Source: a virus (Duplodnaviria > Caudoviricetes). From it: 64,000 nt of DNA. The stretch lies in the IMG/VR virus record IMGVR_UViG_3300005844_000001, positions 1 through 64,000 of that record; one strand, written 5' to 3'. A program made the position numbers and the translations under genes. Positions 63,531-64,000 of the stretch are shown here, in pieces (position 1 is the stretch's first letter; every line of letters starts with the position of its first letter). The notes beneath the pieces are model-generated. The model saw only the letters and a list, made by a program, of their open reading frames with translations, had not been told where the DNA came from and made no database searches.

Positions 63531-63743
63531 TTACTTCTGTTGATAGAGCGCAATACCTGCATCCTTCCTGCGCTGGTCGTATTCTTTGCCGATTCCAGCT
63601 ATCAGCGCATCGTAGCACTCCGACGAACAAACACATGGTTCAGTTGGTTGCCCTTGGCAGCCGCAATCAAATCCGCTACAACAGTATTTTGGGTCATAAT
63701 CTACAACAGGTTTTCCGCAGATAAGGCAAGGTTCGTCTTTCAT
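63531..63743 (-). CDS. Small Cys-rich protein between the polymerase halves
   Basis: CLIC...CCSGFDCGCQG.P.EPCVCS.EC. Confidence 0.65.
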   Translation of the reverse strand: MKDEPCLICGKPVVDYDPKYCCSGFDCGCQGQPTEPCVCSSECYDALIAGIGKEYDQRRKDAGIALYQQK

Positions 63744-64000
63744 AATCCCATATCTTTCATTTGCACCATCGCCAGCTCGTATTCCAGCCGCGCGTCCATG
63801 CCGTTGTAGAGCAGCAACGCCGGCGGATATATTTCGTCAATCCGATTGTAAGGACTACCCTTATTAGCGCTCGCTAAGTAGGGCTCCGTTGTCTCGTTGA
63901 AAGACGAGACGCCGAGCCGGACTAGCGCCTGGAACTTGAGCGAGCAGATACCCGGGCGGTTATCCAAGCAATGCGCAGCCAGCATCGTATCCCAGCCCCA
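63740..64000 (-). CDS. 3'-5' exonuclease domain of family A polymerase (partial, separate gene)
   Basis: WDTMLAAH.LD, SLK, exo III YNGMD; stop at 63740. Confidence 0.85.
   Translation of the reverse strand, partial: WGWDTMLAAHCLDNRPGICSLKFQALVRLGVSSFNETTEPYLASANKGSPYNRIDEIYPPALLLYNGMDARLEYELAMVQMKDMGL

Larger units (their letters stand above)
1..64000. mobile_element. Tailed dsDNA phage genome fragment (siphovirus-like); no host genes or integrase seen in the window
   Basis: Terminase, portal, capsid, tail tube, tape measure, tail tip and phage replication genes in co-oriented, tightly overlapping (ATGA) operons. Confidence 0.97.

Noticed and set aside
33981-63543. Long plus-strand ORFs (e.g. 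33981-35057, 47353-48345, 62539-63543)
   Set aside because: They mirror well-supported minus-strand genes and lack recognisable motifs
63529-63743. Group I intron or intein in the DNA polymerase
   Set aside because: The gap is filled by a coupled small ORF, with no room for a ribozyme core and no homing endonuclease or intein motifs

Overview
The whole window is a gene-dense fragment of a tailed dsDNA phage (siphovirus-like), encoded almost entirely on the minus strand. Read right to left on the minus strand, it holds five blocks. (1) A replication/recombination module: split family-A DNA polymerase, clamp loader, UvsY-, gp32- and RecA-like proteins, and a Holliday resolvase. (2) Two tandem TAGT/GREB1-type DNA glycosyltransferases, then terminase, portal and a long MuF protein with extra ART-like and GNAT-like domains. 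(3) A ~7 kb glycosyl-/methyltransferase cluster inside the head module, followed by capsid, neck and tail genes, including a -1 frameshift tail chaperone. (4) An 8 kb insert in the tail module (SGNH tail fibre, lipoproteins, response regulator, Verrucomicrobia-type secreted protein, beta-helix protein, J-domain protein), then the tail tip. (5) A plus-strand split SbcCD operon, a phage sigma factor, SNF2 helicase and primase, and an array of small genes. The most striking feature is regulatory. Eight ~37-43 bp direct repeats (1762-5310) match the sigma28/FliA promoter consensus, usually supply the stop codon of the upstream gene and the leaderless ATG of the next, and so define gene cassettes. 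They are interleaved with two duplicated sigma54 promoter modules (-24/-12 box, IHF-like site, palindromic upstream sites). A separate family of dispersed, orientation-independent intergenic elements also occurs. The host is probably a Verrucomicrobia/PVC bacterium (inference). All calls come from motif reading by eye; no searches were run.
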